64,000 bases of DNA, from positions 36,022,001-36,086,000 of the forward strand of contig NC_043005.1 of NCBI RefSeq assembly GCF_006345805.1. Reading direction: 5' to 3'. The notes below the pieces were generated by a model. That model searched no databases and was not told the origin of the DNA. It saw only the letters and a program-made list of their open reading frames with translations. Positions 36,401-50,439 of the stretch are shown here, piece by piece (the stretch's first letter is position 1; the number at the start of each line of letters is the position of its first letter). This DNA is from Octopus sinensis. Its lineage: Eukaryota. The translations under genes were made by a program, and so were the position numbers.

Positions 36401-38124
36401 CAAATCTGGGCTGGTTTGTGCTGCTGTTATATTCACACAGACATTTTTGAAGCTGGCTTTTGTGTCATCTTCCATCAGGTACTCCTGATGTATTATCTCT
36501 CTTCCCCTCTTCACCCAGGTCCTACTCTAACACCTACACTCAGTTACGGTTGCTTAAATGTTCACCTATTTAAATGTTCTCTATATACATGCTTTACTGC
36601 AGCCAAAGACTTGCAAATATTCAAGGAGAATGTTAATTATGTTGACCTGAATGGTCTACAAATGCTATAGGCACTGCCTCTTGCACCTAACCAAACTAAC
36701 AAAAAGAAAAAGAAGAAATAAAGAAAAAGCACAAGGTTGACCTTCCCTGACTAAACATCAAATGTATTCAAGGGTGACCATTCTGTATATACTTTATAAC
36801 TAGGAGTGGTGTTAGTCTATATTATTTTAGGCATCCTTTATCCTTTCTTTCTTTATGACAGCAGCATGAGAGTGGAGGGAGATTTCACTGATATTTCTAG
36901 CTGACAAGTAACCATTAGAAGCTTCATTCATTGGTTTGTATCATGAAAAATAATCACGGATTGTGAGTTTTGGTATTTGGATAAAGTGCAAAGATTATAG
37001 CCAAGTGATAGTTTTAATGAATATAGAAGAAATACAAAGGATTTTTTGTGTTTGCTCTTGTAACTGTTGAATGAGAGATGAACATGTTACTAACACCTTT
37101 ACAAGACGTTTCTGTAGTTACAGTTCCTAAAGAAAGATATTTCAGGTTAAGCGGATACAGAGGAAGATCTGATACTTGAGTAGAACAGCTTAGTTGTTAG
37201 TAGATTACAGTCAAGAATAAGATCTGGTTTCAATTTCTCCCAATGGAAAATACTTCATCTGAGTCAGTGAATGTATTAAAATATAAAACACCTATAAATA
37301 TCACACCTTACTTCGACTCCAGTGTCGGGAGTGAGTAAGAGAGACAGTTATAACACTTTAAACACTGAGGCATTTGAGGAGTGTTCAACATTGAATATAA
37401 AACCTGTCTAGGTTCTACACAAACTTCCATTTAAAGCTAGTTTCTATATTTGTTTGTTTATATATGTTTTGATGTAGGTCATAGTCTTTAGTTGAGAGCT
37501 CAGTGCATTGGCAAGTTCTCTGCCCTGTCTGTCTGGCTGTTTGTTTGTCTGACTGTCTACCACCTCCTCCCCACCACTGTCTGTCAGTCTCTCTCTCTCT
37601 CTCTCTCCTTTTCTCTCTGCCCTTTGAACCTGTAATGCTTGAAACTTCCTGCCTACACATAGGCACAACTCAGACATATTATATACATATATAATTATAT
37701 GTGTTTACACACACACCTATACATATACAACTCACACTCACATACATAAACATACACACACACACACATACCCACAGAAATTGATAGATTCCTATGAAGC
37801 CATTCAGTTGTTCATTTATCAAGACCTGCCATCAGTGGAGGTTTAACTTTCTGTTATCTAATCACCAGCATATCAAATAGTTGTAGTTTAGTAATGTTAC
37901 CTGTCATATACTGAAGTGTCACTTTTTCCTTCTAACAACACATACTTGTGCACACACACACACACACACATGTACAAATATATATGGATGTGTATGGTGT
38001 GTATGTGTATGGTGTGTATGTGTATGTGTGTGTGTAGCAAAATTTAGATTCAAATGAATATGGTACTTAATTTAGATGCACCAGAATTTTGTATGGTGTT
38101 ATCCATAAAAATTTGCGGGGTGAT

Positions 38125-38348
38125 TATAATCAAAATAAGCAACAAGAATGACTCCGGTAAATTGGTACAATTGTTTCGCACTACATCATTTTATTAAAAG
38201 TTATAAATATTACAACAGATTTAAGATGCTGAGTGCTCATCAGCCAATTAAATAGGTTTTCCATTAATATAAAAGCTTTCAAATTTGAAAGCTTTTACCA
38301 AATTGTACCAAATTACCGGAGTCATTCTTGTTGCTTATTTTGATTATA
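38125..38348. repeat. Inverted repeat (48 bp arms, 38125-38172 and 38301-38348) enclosing a hammerhead
   Basis: TATAATCAAAATAAGCAACAAGAATGACTCCGGTAA and its complement. Confidence 0.85.
38160..38249 (-). ncRNA. Type I hammerhead motif with 51 nt stem II loop
   Basis: AAUUGG-CUGAUGA-GCAC...GUGC-GAAA-C(AAUU)GUA-CCAAUU. Confidence 0.8.
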
Positions 38349-38418
38349 TATATATATGTATACACACACACATATATATTTCATAAATGAATAAATATTC
38401 AAAAAAATATTTATGTAG

Positions 38419-38586
38419 ATAATATGGCTGTCCTGGAAGGGACGCTGTTACTGTTTATTAATCTCAAGAAACATCGTTTCTAGCTGGCTATACATCATAT
38501 TATCTGTGTCCTTATAGCCAGCTAGACACAACTTTTCTTCGGGCTAATAAATAGTTACAACGTCCCTTCCAGGACAGCCATATTAT
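38419..38586. mobile_element. MITE with 26 bp terminal inverted repeats
   Basis: ATAATATGGCTGTCCTGGAAGGGACG...CGTCCCTTCCAGGACAGCCATATTAT; internal TCTAGCTGGCTATA/TATAGCCAGCTAGA. Confidence 0.8.
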
Positions 38587-38681
38587 GTTGGAAATTAAAT
38601 TTTACTTTAAAGAAATGTTACTGAATGTCTCTCTCTGAGAGATTTAGAAATAATACTATTTCTATTTATATAGATATTATT

Positions 38682-38740
<59 letters not shown>

Positions 38741-38745
38741 ATATA

Positions 38746-38791
<46 letters not shown>

Positions 38792-38945
38792 ATAAATAAA
38801 AATTAGAAAACAAACACCTTTATCAATTCAAAATGAACAATTAAATTACACCATCTAGAAAATTAAATATAATAGAAATATTAAAATTAAAATAACAATA
38901 ATATACCGATGATTAAGTAAATTATTATTATTATTATTATTATTA

Positions 38946-39010
<65 letters not shown>

Positions 39011-39396
39011 ATTTTAAGATACAAAGATCTAAGTGTAGGAAGTTTGTAAGCTTTGAGTAGTCCATGGTAAGTATAAAAAACAACTTGCTGGAACTATGAT
39101 TAGTTTGTTGCTGTAGAAGGTTGTAGGCTTATCCCATATCAAAGTTTAATAAAGTAAAATAAGTTTTTTTATAGTTCACAGTCAGCATGTGGGGTTGCTA
39201 TGAATGAGAATAAAAATCTAAATTGAGAGAATGGAACAGGTAAAATCCAGGCTGCATATATCTCCTAGCTAGTAGAACCTCAGAAGTAATAATTACTCAG
39301 TAATGGGTACTCCACTAGTACCCCAAAATACCTTAATTAAATGAAGGTTACAGTGTCGTCCAAGGAACCTGAGTTAACTCACAGGAGATGTGATTT

Positions 39397-39439
<43 letters not shown>

Positions 39440-39454
<15 letters not shown>

Positions 39455-41571
39455 TTGTGAAGCAAATGACCTTATGGTTTGTAACACTAACTTCAGGAAA
39501 CCTGCCAGTCACCTATTCACCTACTGATCTGCTAGACACACTTGTCAAATTGACTACATCCTCGCTAGGAAATGGGAAAGATGGCTACTTATAAATGCCA
39601 AAACATTCCCAGGTGAAGAAGGCACCCAACAACATAGATTAGTAGTTAGCAACTTCAGGATCAGGGCTAAATGGATGCCCAGAAAATGACCAGCATAGAG
39701 GAGAAGGGTCTGGAAGCTTAAGGATCCTGTGAATGGACAGAGATTTAGAGATGTATTACTCAAAGTTTTTGATGAAATAGAGGGTGATATAGCATCACAT
39801 GATGTGGAAGACAACTGAAGGTTTCTACAAGACAATCTTTTGAGGGCCACTGACCAGATCTGTGGATGGTGCAAAGTCACCTCTCAACCCAAGGTAATGT
39901 GGTGGTGGAACAATGTAGTTAACAAGGCCATTAGGGAAAAGAAACAGGCATGGAAGGATTGGAAAAACGGTGGTAGCAGGGAATTGTATCAGATTGCCCA
40001 ATGGGAAGCTAGGTGACAGGTTTATTTAGCCAGAGGGGAAGCAGATAAGAAAAAATTTACCAATGTTCTGCATCATGAGGACCAAAGACTTGAGGTGTTT
40101 CATGCTGCAAGACAATGCATGAGAGAGATTTGTGATGTCATAGGAGAGAAATGTGTCTGCATGGATGATGACTCACTTGCATTTAACGAGGCTGCAAGGA
40201 AAGAGACTTGGAGATGCCACTATGAAAGGTTGCTAAATAAAGAGAATGAATGGGAGAAAGAGAGTTTGCTGAATGTCGACTCAACAAAGGGACCAGATAT
40301 CCAAATTGACAGTATCTTGGTAGATAAAGCAATTAAGGGTATGAAGACAGGGAAAGCCTCTCGCCCATCAAGAATCACCACAGAGGTGGTTAAAATATCT
40401 GGTGGTGTCAGCTATAGTTCAGTCACCCGTATAGTCAACCAGATGATACATGAAGGAGTCATTCCCAATGACTGGTGTAGCAGCACCATAGTCGACTGCT
40501 ACAAAGGTAAAGGTGACACATTAGATGCAAATAATTATAGAGGTATCAAGTTGTTGGATCAGGTAATGAAAGTAACAGAGAGGGTCATAGCCCAACTAAT
40601 TAAGGAGAGAGTCAGTGTAGATGAGATGCAGTTTGGGTTTGTGCCAGGGAAAAGCACCACTGATTTCTGTTAAAATAGTTGCAGGAGAAATACCTAGCCA
40701 AAGATAAACCTTTATACCTAGCTTTTGTTGACATGGAGAAAGCCTTTGACATTATCCCCTGATCCCCTATCTGATGGTCAATGAGGAAACTAGGGATAGA
40801 TGAATGGTTAGTGAGAGCTGTAGATGCCATGTACAGGGATATGGCAGTAAGGTGAGGGTTGATGAAGAGTACAATTTAGAATTCCGGGTAAGGATAGGGT
40901 CCACCAAGGATCAGTCCTCAGCCCCCTCTTATTCATCATAGTCCTCCAAGCAATAACAGAGGAATTCAAGACAGGATGCCCCTGGGAGCTTCTCTATGCT
41001 CATGATCTTGCTCTAATTGCTGAGTCACTATCAGAACTTGAGAAGTTTCAGGTGTGGAAGCAAGGTTTAGAATGGAAAGGCCTTAGAGTCAACCTAGCAA
41101 AAACCAAAGTCTTAATAAGTAGGAAGGCAGACAAACCACAAATCTCTTCAGGTAGATGGCCCTGCTCGATCTGTAGAAAAGGCTTAGGTAGAAACTCCAT
41201 AAGATGTACCCAGTTATATGCTATGGACACATAAGAGGTGCAGCAATATCAAGGAAGGCTAACTGGGAAGACAGTTTTTGTGTGTGGCAAATGTTCAGGA
41301 GCAATAAACATTGAAAACATGCAGAGAACAGCTTCCATCACATTCCAGGGGAAAAAACTACAAGTAGTTGATAGCTTCCATACCCTAGGTGACCAAGTCA
41401 GTAGCAAGAATGGATGTTCTGAAAGTGTAGCTGCTAGAGTAAGAATAGCTTGGGCAAAGTTCAGAAAGCTCCTACTTCTGCTGGTGACAAAGGGCTTCTT
41501 GCTCAGAGTAAAAGGTAGACTGTATGATGCATGTGCATGAACAGCCATGCTACATGGCAGTGAAATGATCC
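39440..41571 (+). mobile_element. Decayed RTE-type LINE (endonuclease end, RT, Cys-rich insert)
   Basis: YKGKGD..NYRGIKLL, QFGFVPGKSTTD, HQGSVLSPLLF, LYAHDL, WPCSICRKG. Confidence 0.9.
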
Positions 41572-43662
41572 AAGCGAGTTCATAGGTTCATAGTTCAGAG
41601 TTGAGTGAATTTCATGTTAGTAACAATCAATATTCCTTGTGAACTAACCAATTGTTGGTTCATGAAGAGATTTGTTAGTTCATTACATTGTTTTTACTGT
41701 TGTCTGGTTATCTTATGTATTGTACATAACAAATTACATTACAACATCTGGTGACAAGGGTTTCGAAGCTCACATAGGTTATTTAACAATTTGTTCATGA
41801 TACAACTTTTTAGGAAGACCTGTTAGATTCCATAGTACAGTTGCAAAAGTGACAACAAGAGTAGCAACAAGAACTGCAGAAATAACTATTATAGCAGCAA
41901 CTACAACAACAACAACAATTATTGGAGCTATATTCAAAAATGAGGTTAGTTCGTTTTCACCAGATGGCATTTCGAATTCGATTAATGAATTCACTTATAA
42001 TCCAGAAGAAGGAATAACTCATACTACAGAAGGTACAAGGAGATTTTTAAGCAAGATTGCAAATCATGGTCAGACAAACAAGAAGTGAGATTGTTATTGT
42101 GGAAATTGTCTTTATTAGAGCATGAACATTACTGTAATTTCATATTGCTCCCACCCAAAAAACCCCCAATGAAATCTGTTTTAAAGAAACAATAGAATTA
42201 CTGTCTAACATATTCAGTGACAAAATCTTCTCTATATAATGCTTAAATGGAATGCTGGAATATAATGACAAAAGAGAATGAACAGGAACAGTCAACAGGA
42301 TGTGTGAAAGTTTTAAACTCAAAGAACTTACACCTGAGATGTTCTAGTGTCTTATTTTCATAGAAGGCCTTAAAGCAAGCAAAGATACAGAAATTCAGGC
42401 AAGAATTCTTTCTAAACTGGAACAAGTGAACTAAGATCTAACCTTACAGTTCATGACAGAAAAATGCCAAAGGATGGTAAACCTGAAACATGATGTAGAA
42501 AAAATTCAAGAAAAGGATTCCTCAAAAATACATATATGCTGACTGGACAGGTACAACCAAAGCAGATTGCCACATGCTAATCCATGTTAGGGATGTGGGG
42601 GCATACATTTCAGAAAAGGCTGTCCATTTAAAATAAAAAATGTTACAGTTACAAAAGAATTGGTCACAAGAGTTCACACTGTAGAACAAAATTACAAAGG
42701 TCAAACATTAAAAATCTTAGTGTGTTCTCAGCAGAAAGAAAAATTGACTCCCAAATAAGAAAATTTATACATGTAAAAATAAATTGAATACATATTAAAC
42801 TTAAATTGGATACTGGAAGTGATATTCAAATAACAAACAGGAACACATGGAAGAAAATAGGGAAACCTAAGTTGAGAAAAACAGCGAAATCTGCTCATAG
42901 CATGACTGGTGACAAAGTGCATGTCATAGACATAATGTGGATGACTGTCAAATTTCGGGGGAAAACATGTAAGGCAAAAGTCTTCTTTGCTAAAAATGAA
43001 ACCGAACTGTTTGGTACTAATTAGTTAGAATTATTTGATTTATGGGACCTCCCCATAAATCTTTATTGTAAAAACATAAGTGGTTATCCCTCTAAAAATA
43101 ATCTGTCTGAAGAGTTAAAGAAAAAATTTTTTAAATGTTTCTGCAAGTACTCTCAGATAAACTAGGTCTATATACAAAGACTGAAGCATATTTTGAATTA
43201 GATGATAATGTTACCCCTGTGTTCAAGCCTGATAAAAAAGTGCCTTTTGCAGTAATAAAGTGCTGTGTGCAACAAACGATACTACCTTTAAAGTTGGGAA
43301 ACAATTAAGATACAACAGTTAAAAAAAAAAAGAGGGAGAGGAGCTGGAAAGAAGAAAAATAAAAGAAATTCCACTTTCTCACAGTAGTCAAAATTTCAAA
43401 AGGGGAGATGCGATGAGAGTTATGACGCCCCCTTGTGAGAGATAGACTGGTCTGAGTAAAGTATAAATAGTAATGATCTGAGTGAGTTCATAGGTTCAGA
43501 GTTCAGAGTTGAGTGAAGTTTATTTTAGTTCACAGTGAAGTCGCAAGGTTAGATCACAAGGAATATTTATTGTTGGTTTGTAAAGAGATAAGTTAGTTCG
43601 TTACATTGTTTTTACTGTTGTCTGGTTATTTTATGTATAGTACGCAACAAATTACATTACCA
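41572..43662 (+). mobile_element. Internally deleted Gypsy-type LTR retrotransposon (partial 5' LTR 41572-~41746, gag/protease remnants, 3' LTR 43409-43662)
   Basis: Two similar LTR ends (…ttttactgttgtctggtt…aaattacatta); PBS-like TGGTGAC after the 5' LTR; LDTGSD protease motif at 42806; PPT AAAAGGGGAGA (43398-43408) before TG. Confidence 0.85.
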
Positions 43663-44899
43663 CAAAAACTGATGGTGATAATGATGATGATGCTGCTGCT
43701 GATGATGATGGTGATGACAATGATGATGATGATGACGATGACGACGACGATGACGATGACAAATATTTCCATTTATGTTTAACAGTAGAAACTTTTTAAT
43801 AAAAGTGTCTTTGACAAATTTTGCATGCATCTTGGACAGACTACATGTAAGGTTAAATATTTGGAGTTTTTGATGATTGTAGTAGACTGAGGCTGCCAGG
43901 CTCAGTTTGGTTGAAACATGGAAGTGTTCCAAAATGACCATTCTACAGAGAACATTGTATTGGGAAATATGACTCCACTCCCTTCAACATGAACCAAAGT
44001 TAAGATATAAAGACTGTCTTTAATTTGATCTGAAAATGTATATGTTTAAGTATAAAGCTGGGATCAAACTTAATTGGCAGAGAAACATGGAAAAACATGA
44101 TCTATATTAGTTGGCATAAAAGACACATGAGCAAGTGACGATTATATGCACCAAATAAATGACAGAAGAAATATATTAGTTGATGTAGCCTTTGTTTTAC
44201 CATTACTATATAAGATCACCTGCAGTTCTGTTATCCTTTTTGTAGGTAGTTAAGTTCAGCTATAAGTGACTGCTAGAAGATGGATGGATGAAGTGAGAAA
44301 GAGTAAAAGAATTTACCTCTCTGTGTTGACAAGAAAAGAGAGTGAAAGTTGTATTGTCCTGAAGTGACGAGTCATTACTGAAGGGCCACTTTGAGCAGGT
44401 TCCAGGGAAAAGAGAGAGAATTAAGTTTGTGTATTTTATGCATGCTGAAAAGCTAGATGTATGTCAGAGAACAATGGAAAGTAAATGGGTTTATCTCTGT
44501 TAAACTGTATCCAACTAACAAAGTTAATTTTAAAAAATGATACTTAACTAAGTGTCATACTTGACAGTCAAATTTTTAAGCACCAATACCAAGAACAATA
44601 GGAAGGAACTCATAGAAAAACCTAGGCTAAGTTTTCAGTTCTTGGCTAAGAATCCAGGAAGCAAGGTTAGTTCACAAGGAATATTGATTGTTGGTTCGTA
44701 AAGAGATAAGTATATTAGATGTATTCCAATTTTGACAGTACATATTCAGGAGAGAAGTTTTAGTGTATGTAATATGTAATATTGGCATGTAACATGTATT
44801 GACCCAGCTTTTCTTATTTGGATTGGGGGTGACTTTTGAGACAACTTTTTGGAAAAAATAGTTTGTTTTATATGCTGTGACATGTATATACTAAATGTA

Positions 44900-45270
44900 T
44901 CCAAGGATTTCAAAGAGAATCATGAAGAGATTAAAAGCAAAATTAAAATGAGATGCACAAAAGAGAAACACACCATGGACATTAGAAGTCTGTGAAAATG
45001 TTCAAATTGTAATTGAGCTTGTCTTATTAAGTGCTCAAGGTTATATGGAACAAAGCCAGCTAATAATAGATCATTCCCACCAAAGAGAATGTAAGAGTAA
45101 GCTTGCCAATCGTGTAAAAAGCTTACGAACATGTGAAAAGGCACAAGCCTGGACACAATAGCAATTGTCATACTTCTGGAATGCATTTATTTCAAGTAAG
45201 ATATTTTTGGAAAGGTTGGCCTAAAAACTGCAAACCATTAACTGGGCTAATCAAGCATTGATCACATTCA
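44900..45270 (+). mobile_element. Possible pogo/Tc1-like transposase remnant
   Basis: Weak peptide resemblance to an HTH region; not firm. Confidence 0.2.
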
Positions 45271-45363
45271 TTATTGGATCAAGTATTAACCTATATAAAC
45301 ACACTCAAATGGGTGTGTTTCTATCTATCTGTCTGTCTGTTTATCTATCTATCTATCTATCTG

Positions 45364-45433
<70 letters not shown>

Positions 45434-45454
45434 CTTTTCTACTCTAGTCACAAG

Positions 45455-45650
45455 GCCCAAAATATTTGGGGAGGGGGCCAGTTGATTAGATCGACCCCAG
45501 TATGCAACTGGTACTCAATTTATCGACCCCAAAAGGATGAAAGGCAAAGTCGGCCTCAGCGGAATTTGAACTCAGAACATAAAGACAGATGAAATACTGC
45601 TAAACATTTTGCCCGTCATGCTAACATTTCTCACCGCCTTTCCTGCCAGC
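45455..45650 (-). mobile_element. tRNA-derived SINE, family A
   Basis: cgaccccaaaaggatgaaaggcaaagtcggcctcagcggaatttgaactcagaac. Confidence 0.85.
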
Positions 45651-45719
45651 CGCCCATCCATCCATCCATCCGTCCGTCCGTCTGTCCGTCCATCTGTCTA
45701 TCTATCTATCTATTTGTCT

Positions 45720-48700
45720 ATCTGGAATGCAAATGCCTCAAAGAGCTGCTCAGACACTTTCAACTGTCCAAAGGTACCGACTCAACCACCCAGATGCACC
45801 AATGTAGACATGGAGCAACCACATGGGGTCGTCGAGATCGTATCCAGATAGAATACTGTGTAGGACAGTAGATAGAGATAGTGTAGGTTGTCTACAATTT
45901 CATATAGTCAGCTACACAGATCACAAATTTGTGACTTGTATGCTAGACTTAGATAAGACATATAGGCAGGGTCCCAGTTACTGGAAACTGAACGCATCAA
46001 GACAGTTTTACAGAGACCGGATTAGCACTCTAGTGAAGAGGGCTTTGATGGGAGCCATCATCAATAACAGATGGTGATTTGCCCCCAAAAGATCAATAAA
46101 AGCAGAATCTATTAGGTATAGTAAAGCCCTAGCAAAAGATAGGAATAAAATAGAGGGAGATATAATTAAGAAACTAGAAGAGGCAATTAGAAGTGGCATT
46201 GCATCCAATGTATTGGTGGTGAGGTTGGCACTTGACCAACACTTCAACGCCAAACACAAAGGATGCGTTGTTGGAGCTAGGATGCATGCTCTAAGAAATG
46301 AAGGTATTGGAGATGCATGAGAGGCTTGAGTGGCAACAAAGCCACTATTTGCTTTCTGATAGATGAACAGGGGCATGAATTACTTGAGCCTAGAAAAATG
46401 TGTGAGGTCTTTCAACAGCACTTTGCCCAACAGTTTGGGACAACTGGTGAGCCAGAATGCAGGGTGGACCTCAGTGACTACCTGCATAGCCCACTACAAC
46501 TCTCGGCAAGTGAAGCGGAGTGTTGTGAAGGTGTTATCACAGCAGTGGACATATGGGATGCGATAACAGACTGCTCGAGGGACAAATCACTGGGCTTGAA
46601 TGGTCTGACCTACGAGCTTTATGGTTATATGCCAGACATGTTTGGAGGCGTCTTGGCAGCAAGTCTACTGCAACTGGCAGCAAAACAGGAGTATCCCCAA
46701 TTTTGTGAGCCAAGGAGCTATAACACTGCTAAAGAAAAATCCAAACAAGAGGAACATAATAGATAACTTTAGGCCCATCACTCTGCTTATGCAGATTTGA
46801 AAATTTTGTCCATGGTGTTAGCAGGGAGGCTGGTGCTTGTCATTGAGAAACTGGTTGACAAGGTACAAACATGTGCCATGCCAGGCTGGAGCATCCATGA
46901 CAACCTCCACCTCATGCGCTACATCAGAGACAGGGTATTTAAGGAACCTGGCATGGGTGGGGTAATGATCAATTTGGATCAATTGAAAGCTTTTGATAGG
47001 ATAGACCATTGATACTTGGAGGCTGTCCTCATAGTGGCTGGTTTTGGTCTTGTTTTCTGTGGCTGCATTGCTGCCTTATACAGCAGCATCCATTCAGTAG
47101 TTCACGTAAATGGGCATCTATCCAGACCATTTGACATTGCGTGTTCGGTCTGTCAGGGATGCCCTCTCTTGTTGCTTCTGTATTTATTGACTCATGAAGT
47201 GGTGACAGGAGTGAAAATTAACCAGGAAAAGTCAGTCGGCTTGCAGCTCAGCACCTGGAGAAGCAAGCCCATGCCATCCAACAGCATCTCCATTGTGGGA
47301 CACTGGACCAACAGACCAGTTAAATTGCTCAGGGTCTGGTTCGGTTTAGACCTCCAAATGGAGAAGAACTGGGATGAGATAATGAGTAGGGTAGCCACTC
47401 TCACCTAGCAATTGGCCGAGAGGAAGCTATCCCTAAAAGGTCAGGTGGAGGTGGCGAATGCATACATCATGTCATTAATCTACTACCACCTGACCGTCGT
47501 GCCTTGTCCCAACCCTACCATCACAAAATTGGAACGCATCCTCTTTCGTTTCTTGTAGAAAGGAAGCATTCCAATAGTCAGGTGATCCATTTGCTGCCAG
47601 CACCCACTAAAAGGAGGGCTGAGCATACCACAGGTAATGATGCGCAGACATGCGCTGAGACTGTGACATCTCTGGTGCTTCATAGACAACGGTGAACAGG
47701 TGTGGTCTCCATCTGTGGGGCGTGCTTTCCCGCAGCTCTTCTCCTTGGCTGAATTGCAATTGTGGATCAAAAATATGCCGAGGAAGGGTGAATGGCACCA
47801 TGAGTGTTGTGTTGCATTGCCCTCAAGCAACTCTGCCATCTTGGATCGAACTTGCATGACTGCAATACCACAAAAAGCATTCTATAGAAGATTAGTGGAG
47901 GGGAGGTATGATGATAATCTTGGGGAGAACCTGGGCATTGATGAGGAATACCTGACCAGCCTGTTCAGGACAACTTTCAACCAGGACCTATGGACAACTT
48001 CCAGAGATCCCTGGCCTGGCAGTGCTGTCTAAAAGCACTACCCATTCGAGATAAGCTCTACAGGCATGGCTCTAGAAACACTGGGCAGACCTGTCCGAGA
48101 TGTGGTCAGAGTGACGAAAATGTTCTGCACGCACTCATGCAGTATCAGACCATTTCCTACCTGTGGGCTTATGTCGAACAATTGTTGTTGCATGTGGAAT
48201 GAGTTGGTTTATCAGCTGAGTCTATTGTTAATATTGCCCTGTCTCTTTCCTTCAAATGGGAAGGAAGAGCTGTTTTCATTGTACTACTGGCTATGGTGAA
48301 TGAATGTGTATGGTGGATGCATTTGGAAGGCCTAGAAACAGACACTTTCCTCTCTGGTCAGTCACTCATCAACTTTTTCAAGTATCACCTGAAAAGGAAG
48401 GTGAGAATAGAGAGGGAAGTTTTGTCTAATGAATGTTTCACAAAAAGATGGGTAAACGTAGCAAGGATGGCATGTGTGAATGATAGTGCCACCTTGAGCA
48501 TAATCCTATAAACCAAAGAGAAAGAGAAAGAGAGTACTTTACTCTAATGTACAACATTTCTATTTTATTGCCCGAGGTTACTGTGGTCATTTTGTAGGTT
48601 TTTCTTTCCATGGATAAACCTCCCCACTTTTGCGAATTTTGTTCTTTGTACTATTCCGACTTTTCGATCCCTTTTGATCGTTGCCTTCCTCTTTCCCCCA

Positions 48701-48775
48701 CCCCCTCGAAAAGAAAATCTCGGCATTGTATTGTCCCCTCTGTGTCAATCCCTGTGTGGCTAATAAAGAAAGTTA
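45720..48775 (+). mobile_element. Decayed L1/Tx1-type LINE (APE end, RT, C-terminal zinc knuckle, 3' UTR)
   Basis: TDHK..GPSYWKLN, DKSLGLNGLTYELY, NFRPITLL, KAFDRIDH, QGCPL, CPRC...E.V.HAL; AATAAA at ~48761. Confidence 0.9.
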
Positions 48776-48929
48776 TCTGTCTGTTTGAAAAACCTGGAAT
48801 CAAGGTGTCTTAGATTATTCTGTTAAATGCAATGCTTATTTATTCACATTGTTTTGAGTTAATGAGGCGTTATATTGTAGCTTTGAGATTTCGATGACGT
48901 GATATTTAATTTTTTAAAATGGTATTGTA

Positions 48930-49860
48930 GGGTAGGTGTAAGAGGCCAAATCTTGACTGTTTGAGCATAAAACAGGTGGAATATTTGGGCTGGATATGGC
49001 CAGTTTAAATGATAAAGTGTTAAAGTTAACTTAACAAAGACTAAATTTCTAATTAGCAGGAAAACAGATAGAACACTAATCCCGTTGGGCAAATGGCCCT
49101 GTTCCTTATGTAGACTAGGTGTAGATAGAAATTCCATATGGTGTGCTCAGTGCAAACTATGAGTACATAAGAGGTGCAGTGGAATGAAAGGTAGGTTAAC
49201 TGAGAAAGTAGAATTTGTTTGTGGCTGATGTACTGAAGCAATAAATAACAAGAGCATATGGGAAATATATGTATTCTGAAATGTCTAGGAGGCTCCAAAG
49301 AAGCAAGAGATAGTTTCTGTTATCTAGGTGGCCTGATTAGCAGCGGAGGAAGAGGCTCTGAAAATATAGCTGCTAGACTATAAATTGGCTTGGAAAAAGT
49401 TCAGAAAATTTTTACTTCTGTTGGTAACAAATGGCCTCTCTCAGAATGAACGGCAGATTGTATGATACCTGTGTATGAACAGCCATGCTACATGGTTGTG
49501 AATGCAGAGGACATGTGAAGAGAAAAAAAGAAATGAAACTAGCATGCTCCCATGAATGCAATGTCAGTGTGCATGTATGACAAAATACTAATGCATTGAG
49601 AGAAAAATTGGGCATAAGAGGTATCAGATGTAGTATGCAGGAGAGAAGGCTGCACTGGTGTTGTCATGTGATGTAGATGGATAAGGTTAGTTGTATAAAG
49701 AAGAGCCGATTGCTAAACATGGAAAGAACTTGTGGAAGAGGTAGACCTAGGAAGTTGTGGGTTGAAGCGAGGAACACTGACCCCAAGATGTTGAGCCTCT
49801 CAGAGGAGATGATAAGTGACTGAGATGAGTAGCAACATGCTGTGCTTGAAAAGGCATGTT
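48930..49860 (+). mobile_element. RTE-type LINE 3' fragment
   Basis: Similarity to 41050-41570 (GKWPCSLC, W.KFR.LL.LL, RGRPRKLW). Confidence 0.75.
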
Positions 49861-50439
49861 CATCTCAGCAGAATCAAGGCTTTGTCAAGCCTTTCCACAC
49901 AACTCATCATCTGCCATCACCCTTCCACCAATCTTCTATGTTATCCTATTTTCTTCACTTCCCCTCACACTGATCTGAAATCCTCTGCATCCAACTCATT
50001 CCCTATCTCATTTCTGCTTTTCTATCTTTTACAGTCTTATATTCACATTCTACCTGAACCTCACATCTCTCTCTCTCTCCTACTTTCCAGGTGGGTAAGC
50101 CATGTATACACCTCTTAAGCAAAACATCTGCTTCTCTTCTATCATAATTTTTACTCTTCCAGTTTATAGCTGGCTCAGGTGAGTGGTCTTACCTTGCAGG
50201 TGCTTGGCAACCTCACATAAAAAGCACTCAGCACATTCCGTTAAGTGGTTGATGCTAGGAAGGGCATCCAGAGTGTAGAAACCATGCCAAAGCAGACGTA
50301 CAAATTTTTGGAGCCTTGTGGCTCATCTACTCTTGTCAATGTCAAACTGTCTAACATAGAACCAAGGATGTTAAATGATGGTAATGATGTTGATGATGAT
50401 ATGTGTGTATATATATATGTGTGTGTGTGTGTGTGTATA

